Below, one piece after another: positions 26,471 through 40,021 of a DNA stretch of 64,000 nt. The notes beneath the pieces are model-generated. The model ran no database searches. It worked only from the letters and a program-made list of their open reading frames with translations, and was not told the origin of the DNA. The stretch lies in NCBI GenBank assembly GCA_965644265.1, contig OZ286469.1, forward strand, positions 46,748,001 to 46,812,000, given 5' to 3'. The translations under genes were made by a program, and so were the position numbers. Source of the DNA: Glycera tridactyla (lineage: Eukaryota). Every line of letters starts with the position of its first letter. Within the stretch, counting starts at the first letter, position 1.

Positions 26471-26727
26471 GAGAAGAAACTCAGTCTTGGAGTCATTAGG
26501 TTAAGTCTGAAGGAATGATGCTAAGAAAATTTTGTGAGAATATTTGGTACTTTCAGATGTGCTGGTGCCTTCAGATGTGTAATTCTGGAAGTTTATTGGG
26601 AGGAATATTCTCAATGATGTAATCTCACATTGCTCGGCAATACCATCTGCCTCAAAAATGGAACACTGTGGCATCTGTTCCTTTATTTTCCAACTCCTGG
26701 TCAATTCTCTTCTTCCAAACAACCAAA

Positions 26728-26884
26728 TAGTCGACCCTCTCTATAAAGACCGCCTTTGGTCGCATCAAAAAGTGGCCTTCATCGGGAGATGGTCTTTATA
26801 GAGGTCACTTACTGTTAAAAATACTACCAAAGTCACAGCTCAGGGTGGCCTTCATAGAGGTGGTCTTTAGAGGAGGTTTGACTG
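26728..26884. mobile_element. Tigger/pogo-like MITE
   Basis: TAGTCGACCC...GGTTTGACTG|TA with internal AAAGACC/GGTCTTT motifs. Confidence 0.7.
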
Positions 26885-28560
26885 TATTCATCTGACTTCT
26901 ACATCTGCCTATTCTCTACCTTGTGGGATTGGGGTTTGCCAGCATGTATAAATCCGAAGGACTCTGTAGACCACATGGTCTTGATCTATGAGACAGGATA
27001 CTCTGATTTTTTTTAATGAAAGAGGACACAAATTACAGCATTTCTATCTTCATTGAAGGGTAACATGTAAAATACACTGAAAAGATGATTTCAGCACCTT
27101 CAATACAGTGAATATCCCAAATGCATGAAGTTTCAAAATATAGGAATGCAAATTGTCGGTAACTATTGTCCTATGAACCCCTGAAAAGATAATGAGAGTT
27201 CATGACATAGGGTTTGCACATGCAGAGTGACAAATTCTAAGGAGATTTCAGTAGATTCAAGGTCTGAAAATGCAAATTTACCAAGGAAACTCATACACAA
27301 GCATGTGTTCAGCATCACAAGATACACTGAAAAAGAGTCACTGGGCACACATGAAAACTTGACCTCCAAAATAATGAATTTATTGATTTCACAACGCAAA
27401 TACATAGTTCCATTCGTAGAATAGATGCAATGAATATGATGTTGTATGCATGACCCATACCTTTCACTTTCATATCATGAGTGATAACTCATTTCTCCCT
27501 CTGGAAATACCTATGTCAGACAGTTCTAATGGAGGACTATAGAATGATTTGTATCATCTCCGAGCTACTTGAAAATACTAGTGAAGGTTGATTTCATGTC
27601 ATTACCATTTAAACTGAAAAGTGGATGTTCAACAATAATCTTATACATATGTAAATATATACATACATGAGACATTCAAAACACAAGTTACTGTAGATAA
27701 CATAATAGTCACCAGCGCTTCAATACCCATCATTCTTGAAAATGAGTTGATCCCTGCCACAGCAACGTTTTTATCAAACGCCCAGTCATTGGTTCATTGT
27801 CTCTCTCGGAGATCATGTTTAGGTGTCACTATGTTACCGAACAATGTGTTGTTAGGTGAAAACTCATGTAATACCAGGGTACTACCAGTGATGCCAGAAT
27901 TCAGTTCCTCGCCTGCTTTCTTTTTTGTTGAAGTTTAACGGCATGTATCAACCCGTGGGTAATGTATGCCGTGTGTTCCTGGTTAATGAAAGCTAGATGT
28001 TCTCTCCCCTGCAGGAATCACTCTCACAAACCCTGAACACAAGTTGATGGGGAACCTGAAAGGTTGTCAAGTGGAAGTAGCTGACAGTTCAGACACACCT
28101 CTATCTAATCTGAACACACATAATAAACCTTTGATGGCATATCTAACTAAGTAGCTGGCTTCCTCGCCTGCTCTTGTGCTGTATGGATGCCTGCATCCAG
28201 AGTTCCCCCATACGAACTGTCACGGGTGGGTCATGATGTATAGCATAGTATCATCCAGGTCATGAAAGTCTAAGGTGCACACTAATTTTTCTATGGATAT
28301 ACAACCAAAGACCTGGAAACTTTCCTACTGTGTGGTACATGCTACTTCATTGACCTCCTTGACGGGTGACCAATGATAGTCTCATGATAATCATACAGAA
28401 TGATTATTATGTTATCTACAGTATATATATGCAATTGCACCCACACACTCAAATGCACAAGATGAAACAGATGAAAACAATGCATGAAGGTTGCTCGCAC
28501 AAACAGGCACGCACAAACAGGCACACACACACGCACGCACGCACACACGCACGCATGCAC

Positions 28561-28608
<48 letters not shown>

Positions 28609-28625
28609 TCACACACGGAGTAGAC

Positions 28626-28796
28626 CTAAAAGTTGGTTAATTTTGCTTTGGAAGTAGATGGTTGATCAATTTCCTGTTCATATTCAATTTCAACTGCTGG
28701 TCGTTTTCGTCGCTTCTGTGGCCGTTTTCTTGATTGCTCGTCATCTGAACTGCTTTCCTCTTCTGATGAGCTCTCTTCACCAAGTTGGTCATAATC
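28626..28796 (-). CDS. MAK16: MAK16 last coding exon (DYDQLGEESSS...KRPAVEIEYEQEIDQPSTSKAKLTNF*)
   Basis: C-terminal VEIEYEQE motif typical of MAK16; tttcag acceptor; TAG stop at 28626-28628. Confidence 0.9.
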   Translation of the reverse strand, partial: DYDQLGEESSSEEESSSDDEQSRKRPQKRRKRPAVEIEYEQEIDQPSTSKAKLTNF

Positions 28797-29379
28797 CTGA
28801 AAGTTGGACAAATGCTTAGAGTCAGCCTTGACACGATGAAGTACATTTAATAGGACAGTTAATACCTGATAATTTCTGTATTCTCTCATCACAATCAAGT
28901 TACAGTAAATTTCCTGAAATATAGAAAAAATAAAATACCAAGCAGATATTTTTTTCAAAATATCTTCACAGAACTGATGGCTTGCCTATCACCTATTGTG
29001 TTAAAAGCCTTCAATTATCAGAGATCAAAACTTGACTTCATGCAATCAGTGTCTTCCAGTGGCTATATTAGGCACTTATCCCTCTAAAATTTTATCAATA
29101 GGGTATCTATTCATATGGTCCCTCGGTAAGGGTTCAGTCTGAAAGAAAATGGAATCTCCTTCCTGATTTGGTGAAATCCCATGCCTTTTGACTGCCCTGA
29201 AATAGGACCACTATTCCATGAAAATCTGTCAACTACCCTATACCCAGCTCTTGATGCCAGTGTATGACCAGATTCAAGTTACTCCTCTTTTGGCTGGGTT
29301 ATCAGATCTCCCTGCACGAGGAGAAAAATTTGCAAACTACCAGATCACAGTCATCATATTTCCGGTGATGGTTTCTTAC

Positions 29380-29445
29380 CTCCATGTCAGAGAGATCACT
29401 TTCCTCCATTTCATCCTCTGCAATATATTCTACTTCCTCTTCACT
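29380..29445 (-). CDS. MAK16: MAK16 coding exon 8 (SEEEVEYIAEDEMEESDLSDME)
   Basis: E[YF][IV].....ESD.SD.E motif; ttccag acceptor, GTAAGA donor; 66 nt. Confidence 0.88.
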
Positions 29446-29925
29446 CTGGAATTCAACATAAATTGTACACATTGGATGCTAAGAAGAAAAATCAATTTAT
29501 CCATACCCAAAAAGCAAAAGCAATCAATTTCAAGCATTTTCTCAACGAAATACAGGGCAAGAAAGTTTCTGTGCTTTCAGGCAATATGTGGCATGCAAGT
29601 CGAAGAACTACAAATAGTAATTTCTTCACAGGCCTGCCAAAACTGAATGAAAGTCAGCTCTTCTTGATCCGAAATTTTTCCTAAAAATTTGTGAATTTTC
29701 AAATGGTAGTTTCTAACAGTTCTCATGATCTCTGGGAGTCCTTTCTATGCTTTTTGACCAAAAATGCCTGCCTCCTTTGAAGGTAGTATCATTCGGCAGG
29801 GTCTGTCTTGTGTGGTACTCGGGCAAGGGAACTTGAGCACATAGCCCTCTGTAGGAGGGCTGCACCATTCAGAATCATTGACTTCACATTCATGACACAT
29901 ATATAACATTTAGATGTGACAAGTA

Positions 29926-30103
29926 CAGTGAAACCTGCTCGAGTGTAAACCTGTGCTAGGCGAAATCCTGTCTTAAGCACATACCCCATGGTCTGCCCGG
30001 ATTTTTTTTTTCTCACTATAATTGTCCTGCGCTAAGCAAAATCCTGTCTTAAGTGGAAGGAAAATTTGGTCCCGTTACTTTTCACTTAAGACAGGTTTTA
30101 CTG
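29926..30103. mobile_element. Tigger/pogo-like MITE in MAK16 intron 7
   Basis: TA|CAGTGAAACCTG...CAGGTTTTACTG|TA. Confidence 0.85.
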
Positions 30104-30488
30104 TATGAAAGCTTTGTAAAGACAGGTAGCTTCAACATGGATGAATGTATACTTGTCTTTGAATATAGCAGCAGTTCTGGTTTTAGTTTCAATGATCAAC
30201 TGAGAGTTAATGAATGAAAAATGGCAATTTTTTTCACTTCAATCGAGCAGGTGAGATTTCTGCCAGACACATTAGAACATTTTATACAAATTTTGCAGTC
30301 ATCTAAATCTACAACATGAGATCAAGACAACCCTGCTGAAAACAAGCACATAGTCGACCGAGGATGTAGCTATTGCTAATGGACCTTTTCATACATGTTG
30401 GACTAATCCAGCCTGGACTAATGCAGACCACCAGTATACAATTTGTGATTTGTCCAGTATGGATATGAATGTATAAAAGTTCACGTAC

Positions 30489-30689
30489 CTCTTCCTCATC
30501 TTCACTTTCACTATCATCATCATCCTCGTCATCATCGTCTTGTGTTTTTGCCTTCTTGCGGCTAGCAGCACCATCTGCACCATCCGTTTCTACCTCTTTC
30601 TCTTCCTCAGCCTCACTCTCACTCGATACTTCCTCTTTCTCGAGAGCTTCGTCGAACACATGTTGCGGGAAATTGTAAATGTCTCCATA
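30489..30689 (-). CDS. MAK16: MAK16 coding exon 7 (YGDIYNFPQHVFDEAL... acidic tract)
   Basis: YGDIYNFP motif followed by an acidic region; 201 nt, phase 0/0, cag/GTACGT. Confidence 0.93.
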
Positions 30690-31053
30690 CTGCAAATACA
30701 TTTTCAAGCAATCATTAAAAACACATCCACACATAATGCATTCTCAGACTTCAAGATGTCATTTGTTGACAGGTTATGTCAAGTTGAACACAGCAAAGCA
30801 TTGATACACCTCCTCCAAAAACAGTTGTGTATGCGGGCAATTGACATCAAATTTCAGATTGTCTGCCCAAGGAAATCACTAGTCCAACCCAATATTACAA
30901 ATGGTTCATGATTGTACATGCAGTTGTACATAAGACAAGTTGGTAATGAAATTTACCTGTCCATCTGACATGGATTTCCAGTTGTCCGGGACAACAGGAC
31001 AATCCTTATTGTCAAACTCTGAAGTGGGAATTTGACACCACCATATAGATATA

Positions 31054-31230
31054 CAGTCTAACCTGTCCTAAGCAGCAACTGTACTAAGCAGTCACCTGCC
31101 GTAAGTAGCCACTTTTGAATTTCCCGCCAGAGGTTTTTCCACTATAATTAACCTGCTCTAAGCAGCCACCTGCCCAAAGCAGCCACTTTTTTCCTTCCCA
31201 AAGGGTGGCTGCTTAGAACAGGTTTGACTG
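31054..31230. mobile_element. Tigger/pogo-like MITE in MAK16 intron 6
   Basis: TA|CAGTCTAACCTGT...ACAGGTTTGACTG|TA. Confidence 0.85.
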
Positions 31231-31451
31231 TACATGATGCCAATGCACTGTTCAATGCACAACTTCCTAAAACCTGACCAAATTTCCTGGAACTGACTCC
31301 CATATACTTCCAAAAGCATCTTTCTTGCTGAGGCCACCTGTGGGCATTACCAACTTTTGCGACCTGACGAATGAAATACACAGATCCAGTGATTGCATGA
31401 ACCAATTCAATATCCATGTAAAACAAACATGTAATAGGAAAAATTACATAC

Positions 31452-31581
31452 TGTTCCCTTTTTCAATCGCTCAAGAAGCTCTTTTTCGATGGCTGTGTCT
31501 AACTGAGCAGCAACCAATGCCTTTTCTTCTCTTCGCTTTTCTCTTCTCTCCACTTTTTTACTCAATGGAACAAGCTTCTTC
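31452..31581 (-). CDS. MAK16: MAK16 coding exon 6 ([43 protein letters not shown])
   Basis: Conserved [30 protein letters not shown]; tttcag acceptor, GTATGT donor. Confidence 0.97.
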
Positions 31582-32013
31582 CTGAAACAAATTATATCTA
31601 ATTACTGGTCTTGAATTCCCATAAATATGGAAATGTCAACATTCAATCTTAAAAGCTCTAATACATCATGCTTTCAAAAGTTCTTACTGCATTCATTACA
31701 CATTTGGACTATGGGTCATACCCTGAATTCCGAATGAAGTATCATTTCTGCACCCCAACCAAACTCCAATTTTTCCGATGCCCTATTCCCAAAGTCTACC
31801 TTCTCACTTCCCCATGGAATAACCCGAACTAGCATAGGAAATAGCTTGAGGGAGGAGAAAGACACTGTAGCACCAACATAGATCTCATCAAGTACCATCA
31901 GAATCTATCGGGAGTCAAAAGATAAGGGAAATCATGGAGTTGAAAAAATTGCTTCAGAGAATGATTTTCATCACCACATAAACCAAATGAAAAATAGCAT
32001 ACATATCTACTTA

Positions 32014-32334
<321 letters not shown>

Positions 32335-32771
32335 TTAGTAATGATGCTAATATTGAGTGATGATGGCAGTATTTGCAATGATCATTTGGGAGGATCCTGA
32401 ATTTCTTGGTGTGATTTCATGTGTAAAATGCTGGTATTTTGGCTCAAAAAGCGTAATCATAACTCCCAATTCGTAATGGTTGGAATCTATACATACTTGT
32501 TCATGTATTTTTCTGAAGAAAGAACATTCGTTCAAACAAGGTAAGTGGGACTCACTCACTCACACAACCCAGATAAATTGGAATTCTCTCCCAGAATGAG
32601 ACTGATTGTCAAAGTTTTTCATGGACCAGCATATACTTTGGTTTGTCAACATCTCAAATGAAAAGTATCAAATCTAACACTCACACAAGGAGTTTCTGGA
32701 AAAAAACTTCCATGGAGATTTGTGATATGAATATATAACAGAAGGAGCGAGGGAATTTCAACGGAACTTAC

Positions 32772-32904
32772 CTAGGCCAATAAATTAAATGATCATCTAT
32801 TTGCTTGAGGGCCTTCTCATACTGTCTGGATAGTTTGACCTTCTCCCACAGTCGAGCTGGAAATGCTGCCCGTTCTATTGTTTTACTGTACAAATATATC
32901 ACAC
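32772..32904 (-). CDS. MAK16: MAK16 coding exon 4 ([44 protein letters not shown])
   Basis: Conserved ERAAFP.RLWE.V.LS..YEKAL.QID..LIYWP; AG/GT boundaries in phase. Confidence 0.97.
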
Positions 32905-33281
32905 CTGAAAAAAATTGTAGAATACATGTGGCTCAAAATGTTAGCAGTGTGTTTCATCAACATTGTGATTTCAAATCAAACATGGAGTGATAATGATAGC
33001 AATGGCAGCATCACTGGAACAGTGTTTTTGTTTTGTTTTCTACGTCAAATTCATCCTATGGAAGAAAAATACACCACCAGACTCAGTGAATAGAAGCCAT
33101 TTCAGATCATGAATGAAAACAAGAGAATATTCAATAATTATGAAAATATGCAGTGGCTGTTTGATATCCCGCAACAGTCACTAGTCATATGTTGATATTA
33201 CAAGCAAATACGAGGTCATTATGTCCCTGTTCAGGTGATAGTCTCCATAAACATCCCCACCAACAACCACCACAATGATTA

Positions 33282-33439
33282 CAGTGAAACCTGTGACGAG
33301 AGACCCCCGACGGGAGACCACTTTTCCAGGGCAGCTTCTCTATTCAACATAGTCAAATATACCTCCGATGAGAGACCACCTATTTTGAGAGACCACTTTT
33401 GGTGACATTTAGGGCAGTCTCTCGTCGCAGGTTTCACTG
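33282..33439. mobile_element. Tigger/pogo-like MITE in MAK16 intron 3
   Basis: TA|CAGTGAAACCTG...CAGGTTTCACTG|TA. Confidence 0.85.
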
Positions 33440-33557
33440 TATGCAATCTCCATAAGTTTCACTTGTCTGTAAGTTTCACTTGTCTGCCATAATTCCGTAG
33501 TATCACAGCTGAACTCAGAGATTACAGATTTTTTCCAGATGTTGGCATGTCTGAATA

Positions 33558-33732
33558 CAGTGAAACCTGCGATGAGAGACTCCCCGATGAGACCACCTCC
33601 GACAGGAGACCGCTTTTCCAGGGCAGCTTTTCTATATAACATAGTCAAATATACCCCCGACAAGAGACCACCTCTTTTGAGAGACCGCTTTTTGGTGTCA
33701 TTTAGGGCGGTCTCTCGTCGCAGGTTTCACTG
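33558..33732. mobile_element. Tigger/pogo-like MITE in MAK16 intron 3 (sister of 33282-33439)
   Basis: TA|CAGTGAAACCTGCGA...TCGCAGGTTTCACTG|TA. Confidence 0.85.
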
Positions 33733-34422
33733 TACTTGATGAACAACTGATGCCACCATCCTATCTTCCAATAATCCATTTTAGATAGAAAACCACATTT
33801 TCCTATAAGTCAACGTGAAGCCCACTCCCCAAAAAATTGCCCCTCAAACTATTGTGCTCTGGAGAAAATGCTTGCTTTTTGCAGCTAATTACTCATCACA
33901 TACTCCACTCTATTTCTTGAAAGATGAGACCCTGAGCCGAAGTGCTAGGATTCCACCTGGCTGTTTATATTTATATGTTGGGATTTGATTTTTTTTTCAC
34001 AATGTTTGAGTTTTACCATATTTTGTATTCAGGTACTTTCACTGGGAAATTCTACTTAGCTGTTATTCATTGTATATACTTCCTTTGCAAGTTCAAGGAA
34101 ATAACATTCAGGAGTGGAGCTTGCCTTGTATAATGCTACATTCAGTTTCCGTGGTAGCCAATCATTCTCCATTTATTCCAGCATGTGACTTGGGTGGGGT
34201 TGAAGCATGAAGAGGATAAGGTGAACTGATGAATTGGTCAATTGCAGATTCTTCCAACATCAAAATAAACAGTCTGGTGGGTGCAGGTGGTTATGATAGC
34301 AATGAATCATTGAAACAACAGGAATCGATCACTGAATTGGGATTCAAATGTTTGATTAGTTGGAGCTATTGAAATGACTTCAACTATGGTCGAACATCGG
34401 CACATCACTAGTTCATACATAC

Positions 34423-34532
34423 CTTTTTCCTCGCGTACTGTGGCATACTGACTGTTGGCAAGTGGACATGATGCCCGATTACATATTCCTGTCACGTTAT
34501 ACTCATTCCGACAAAACTTCTGTGATTTTGTT
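34423..34532 (-). CDS. MAK16: MAK16 coding exon 3 ([37 protein letters not shown])
   Basis: Signature [26 protein letters not shown]; tttcag acceptor, GTATGT donor. Confidence 0.97.
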
Positions 34533-35399
34533 CTGAAAAATGAAACAAAACATCATCGCATTTATTTTTGCCATGCATTATTCATATCATTCACCAAATA
34601 ATCAAAAGATTAATGACATGTATCAACACAAAGGATTATGTTGGCCAGTGATAGGTACATTCTGGTTTATATCTCATTCCCAATACATATACCAGCTGGA
34701 ATAAATCTCAGGACACTTCCAGCATATTCAGCAACTAGAGATGAGATTTCACAACTCACAGGTTTATCTGACCATGGCATGTCAAGTCCACACATTTGAT
34801 ATCGGGTGTGGGGGAAGGGTTGAGCAATGGCCAATGGAGTCAGCAGATTCACTCTGCCAACTTGATCCAACCAAATCAGTGGGAGAATAGGACCATCAAT
34901 GTTAACCACATTCTGCAAGTCCATGAATACATCTTATCCACTATTTTTCATATCCAGAAGACTGCACACGATCTGTACTTTGCTATCTCAAGAGTTGACA
35001 AATTTCATACATGATTAAATTGATAGAAGATCGTCATTGATATAATTTTCAACCAATCCCACAAAAACAGTGATAAATATGTGTTTCACTGATAGATCTC
35101 TGCACCCAGAATCGCAAATCAGTCTGCTTCTTTCTGCGTGACAGTGATGAAAAACAATATCAGCATAGTGCTGCACACATGTATTTCACATAACAGCTGT
35201 AGGTATAAATGTAGCAAGATAAAATCTATTCATTTCCTAGTTGAAGAACAATGTCATGTTGTTCCTACATCTTCAGATTCCTGGAAATAATCAGAGCAAT
35301 TTCATCACTGTCAAGACAGATTAAAAAAAATTCTCAATTTCAATTTTTCACCCAGATTTCGGAATTGCAAATATTTTCAGAAAATCTGCATCTACTCAC

Positions 35400-35446
35400 C
35401 TGACTTTGAAAGAACAGAAGCTGCCGTTAATTATGCCCCAGATTAT
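35400..35446 (-). CDS. MAK16: MAK16 coding exon 2 (IIWGIINGSFCSFKV-R)
   Basis: ttgcag acceptor, GTGAGT donor; conserved W..I...FCSFK motif. Confidence 0.93.
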
Positions 35447-35632
35447 CTGCAAGAGATTAAATCACCATGATCAATTTTCGAGGCTACCAGACTCATCTTT
35501 GAACACTGGTGACGAACTTCCTTAAACTCAAGCATCCTCCAGTTTTTCCCTGATGCGCAAAAATGAGAGACATCACAAGCAGATATTTGGTGACATATGT
35601 AGAAAACAAAATTCCCTGTCAATTGTATGTAT

Positions 35633-35838
35633 AGTTGAACTTTCTCTAAAGACCACCTCTCTATAGAGGCCACCCTGAGCTGCGACCATGGTAGTATTTT
35701 CAACAGTAATTGACCTCTCTGTAACAGTGTAAAGACCACCTCCCTATAAAGGGCACCTTCTTATGCAACCACAAGTGGTCCTTATGGACAGGTTGTCATT
35801 AGGTGACCAAATGCGGTCTTCATAGAGAGGTTTGACTG
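35633..35838. mobile_element. Tigger/pogo-like MITE in MAK16 intron 1
   Basis: Internal AAAGACCACCT motifs; right end GGTTTGACTG|TA. Confidence 0.7.
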
Positions 35839-36013
35839 TACAATCTGACCCACACTGAAGACCATCTTTCTATAAAGGCTACCCTAAGCTGTGACTGGTA
35901 TTTTCAACGGTTACCATACAAAGTGTTAACCACAAAGATGAAGAATTACAATGAGAAATGTACTTGATGCTTAGAGAGAGACCAACGTGCCACGTAATAG
36001 GGCGAAGAAGAAT

Positions 36014-36052
<39 letters not shown>

Positions 36053-37019
36053 GTAAATGAACTCTATAGAACGAAGTTACAACTTTATGGCAAACTTTCA
36101 TCATGGCAAAGTACATCTGCATGCCATCTAGTGATAGGGAGTACAACGCACGCACTCGGCTCGCGTATCTGTCACCATAGTAAAAACATCAAATTGCAGC
36201 GCATGGCGCTCAGCCAATTTTGCATCTATTTTGTATTTGAGGACACCGCTACAAAGTTCAACTTCTTATCTTTCTAAACATGTATGCAATTCTGAGATCC
36301 GATCAGTATTCATAACACAGCGAGCGTCGAAAGTGGAGGTTCCAGGTCATTTCTGACAATAATAGTTCGGCCATTTTGTGTCATCATGTGAACATAGCTC
36401 CACCATTTTCCGCACTGTGGCGCTGTTTTTCTAGCATTCAAACAAAACTTGGTGGCCTAATAGAGAACTGAATGCCGCACACAACCGTTTTCATTTCGTC
36501 AAAATCGGACGATTCCTTCATAGCGAGCGCAGCGAGCGGCCGCTCGCATAGCGAGCTCTTATGATTACATGTACACGCAAAGAAATGAATGAACACAGAT
36601 GAATTCAATCCAACAATCGTATCTACTGCTAACCTGCTAACTGATGCAGACGAAAAGCATCGTCCTCCTCCATGTAAACCACATAGATCTCCTTCCGGTT
36701 CGTCAGCGAGACCTTGCCATTTGAATTTATTACCTGGATTCAACCGTATGGCGTTATATATTCTGTGAAAAAATTGAATAATCCTCGATGACACGATTTT
36801 AAAGGCCAGAATGCAAGAAATAGCGAAGATTTTGCGAGTCTCGCGAGTTCGAAAAGCGGCCGCCATCTTGAATAAATTATCAGGACGAACGCCGGGTTTT
36901 GTCTGCCTGATGACCATGCTGCTTTTCATTGCACCCACAGACGGACGCACCGGCACTTGCCGGATTCCTCGGGAGGGACATTTCATGTTTCTCACCCCGA
37001 GTGCAGAGCAGCTCCACCC

Positions 37020-37980
37020 CACCCTCCCTCACACCCCTCTTCCACCCACCCACCGACCCACCCATCCTTCCTCCCACCCACCCACCCACCTATCCTTTCT
37101 CCGACCCACCCACTCTTCCTCCCACCCATCNNNNNNNNNNNNNNNNNNNNNNNNNNNNNNNNNNNNNNNNNNNNNNNNNNNNNNNNNNNNNNNNNNNNNN
37201 NNNNNNNNNNNNNNNNNNNNNNNNNNNNNNNNNNNNNNNNNNNNNNNNNNNNNNNNNNNNNNNNNNNNNNNNNNCACCCACCCTCCTTCCTGCCACCCAT
37301 CCTTCCTCAGACCCACCCACCCACCCATTCTTCCACCCACCCACCCATCCTTCTTCCCACCCACCCACCCATCCTTCCTCCCACCCACCCATCCTTCCTC
37401 CCACCCAACCAACCATCCCTCCTCCCACCCAACCAACCATCCTTCCTCCCACCCACCCATCCTCCCACCCACCCATCCTCCCACCCATCCTTCCTCCCAC
37501 CCATTCATCCTTCCTCCCACCCACCCATCCTCCCTCCCACCCACCCATCCTTCTCCTCCCACCCACTCACCCATCCTTCCTCCCACCCACCCACCATCCT
37601 TCCTCCGACCCAACCTCACGCCCTGCAAACCACACTCCCACCCTCCCACCCACCTGTCCCCCCAACCACCCTCCCAACCAACCAACCTTCCACCCACACC
37701 CAACACATCCACCCACCACCACCCATCCACCCTCCTACCCACCCTTCCATCCATCCACCCACCCACCCTTCCGTCCACCAACCCTCCCACAAACTCACCC
37801 GCCACCATCCACCCGAACATCCAGCCACCCACTACACACAAACCCACCCGTTTTTCACCCACTCACCACACACACACCCACCCCCACCACACAAACATGC
37901 ACACATCCACCCACCACATATCCACCCACTTACCACACACACACTCCCACCCACCACACACCTACCAACACTGTCAGAGC
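37020..37980. repeat. (CCCA/CCAT/CA)-rich microsatellite region
   Basis: Direct inspection; it generates the spurious Pro/His/Thr ORFs. Confidence 0.9.
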
Positions 37981-37984
37981 AGCA

Positions 37985-39327
37985 CCTCAAGGACAAGTCC
38001 TCTTCAGGGTCAAAGTGGCACAATACTACCAAGTATACTTTAGGGTAAAGTGGCACAACACTATCAAAGCGGCAACTCACGGACATGCTTACTTTAATGT
38101 CACCCACCCACCACACACACTCTCACCCACCACACACCCACCAACAATATCAAAGCGGCACCTCATGGGCAAGCCCACTTTAGGGTCAAAGTGGCGCAAC
38201 ACTATCAAAGCGGCACTTCATGGGCAAGCCAACTTTAGGGTCAAAGTGGCGCAACACTATCAAAGCGGCAACTCACGAACATGCTTACTTTAACATCAAA
38301 GTGGCACAACACTATCAAAGTGGCACCTCATGGGCAAGCCCACTTAAGGGTCAAAGTGGGGCAACACAATCAAAGCGGCAACTCACGGACATGCTTACTT
38401 TAATGTCACCCACCCACCCACCACACACTCTCACCCACCACACACCCACCAACAATATCAAAGCGGCACCTCATGGGCAAGCCCACTTTAGGGTCAAAGT
38501 GGCGCAACACTATCAAAGTGGCACTTCATAGGCAAGCCAACTTTAGGGTCAAAGTGGCGCAACACTATCAAAGCGGCAACTCACGAACATGCCTACTTTA
38601 ACATCAAAGTGGCACAACACTTTCAAAGTGGCACCTCATGGGCAAGCCCACTTAAGGGTCAAAGTGGGGCAACACAATCAAAGCGGCAACTCACGGACAT
38701 GCTTACTCTAATGTCAAACACCTACCACACACACTCCCACCCACCAACACTATCAAAGCGGCACCTCATGGGCAAGCCCACATTAGGGTCAAAGTGGTGC
38801 AACACTATCAAAGCGGCACCTCATGGGCAAGCCAACTTTAGGGTCAAAGTGGCGCAACACTATCAAAGCGGCATCTCACGGGCAAGGCCACTCTAGGGTC
38901 AAAGTGGCGCAACACTATCAAAGTGGCACTTCATGGGCAAGCCAACTTTAGGGTCAAAGTGGCGCAACACTATCAAAGCGGCAACTCACGAACATGCTCA
39001 CTTTAACATCAAAGTGGCACAACACTATCAAAGTGGCACCTCATGGGCAAGCCCACTTAAGGGACAAAGTGGGGCAACACAATCAAAGCGGCAACTCACA
39101 GACATGCTTACTTTAATGTCAAACACCTACCACACACACTCCCACCCACCAACACTATCAAAGCGGCACCTCATGGGCAAGCCCACATTAGGGTCAAAGT
39201 GGTGCAACACTATCAAAGCGGCACCTCATGGGCAAGCCAACTTTAGGGTCAAAGTGGCGCAACACTATCAAAGCGGCATCTCACGGGCAAGGCCACTCTA
39301 GGGTCAAAGTGGCGCAACACTATCAAA
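37985..39327. repeat. 55-bp-unit satellite (TAGGGTCAAAGTGGCGCAACACTATCAAAGCGGCAC...) with 308/405-bp higher-order blocks
   Basis: Unit starts at 38181 and 38236; homologous blocks at 38220, 38528 and 38933. Confidence 0.85.
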
Positions 39328-40021
39328 GCTGTGCTCGCAAACATGACGAAGCCATCATCATATTAGAATGTTCTAAGTAAATAGCATGCTCATATCAGCA
39401 GTGCCACTAATTTAGAGGCATGCAACCATGAAACTTGGAGTGAGCAGCGAGTGAAGAGGCTGCTGATACTGACAGACATCCCCCTCCAACTCCCAATCTT
39501 AAAACTTCAATAATTCAGCAAATATTTGAGTAATTTGAATGAAAATAGTTTCAATGTCCAGCAATGGATCCTCCCTCAGAATGCGGCATTTTGCCGTTTT
39601 TTCATCTCAAAGTCATTCTCATTTAATTGGCATGATGTCCGCGACCTGGTTACCCACATACCCAGTCTCATTCCCAGAATATTGTACATGTCAACTCAGC
39701 AGATGTTGATCTGGGAGAGACATCTGAATCAACATAACAATAATCTGAGATACACATATAAATTAGCATATAAGTCGAAAAACGACCACAAATTTACTGA
39801 TGAAATCCGGCAACCAACCATGCAGTATAGCTGCACCAACAACTTAACAATATTGATTTATTCTAGTCTAGTAAATAATCTAGAATTCAGCTAGAAGTCG
39901 CCATTGACACTGGTATTATCGCCCACCTAACAGACAGGAGCCTTCTTAGGGGGAATGGAACTACACAGGAAGCGCCGGGAAAGCAAAGACAGTCTTCCAT
40001 ATCGATATATTGACTACATAC

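Larger units (their letters stand above)
36520..39366 (+). mobile_element. Helentron-like non-autonomous element (HINE/DINE-type) carrying a microsatellite and central tandem repeats, in MAK16 intron 1
   Basis: Subterminal inverted repeats GCGAGCGCAGC (36523-36533) / GCTGTGCTCGC (39328-39338); 16-bp palindrome 36532-36547; terminal stem-loop ATGAC-GAA-GCCAT; termini and an internal block shared with 56902-57902. Confidence 0.6.

Noticed and set aside
35273-35308. Possible intronic C/D-box snoRNA (GTGATGA...CTGA on the minus strand)
   Set aside because: The C-to-D distance is only about 36 nt, or about 149 nt to the next CTGA, and there is no convincing terminal stem or guide.
36730-36870. 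CAAGATGGCGGC (YY1-like) motif with an ATG as an alternative MAK16 first exon
   Set aside because: The same block occurs in the sister element at about 57070, the peptide has no MAK16 similarity, and a canonical MQNDD exon exists at 40022-40036.
36811-39301. Long Pro/His/Thr-rich and repeat ORFs in the ORF track
   Set aside because: They arise from microsatellite and 55-bp tandem repeats (and N-runs) inside MAK16 intron 1.
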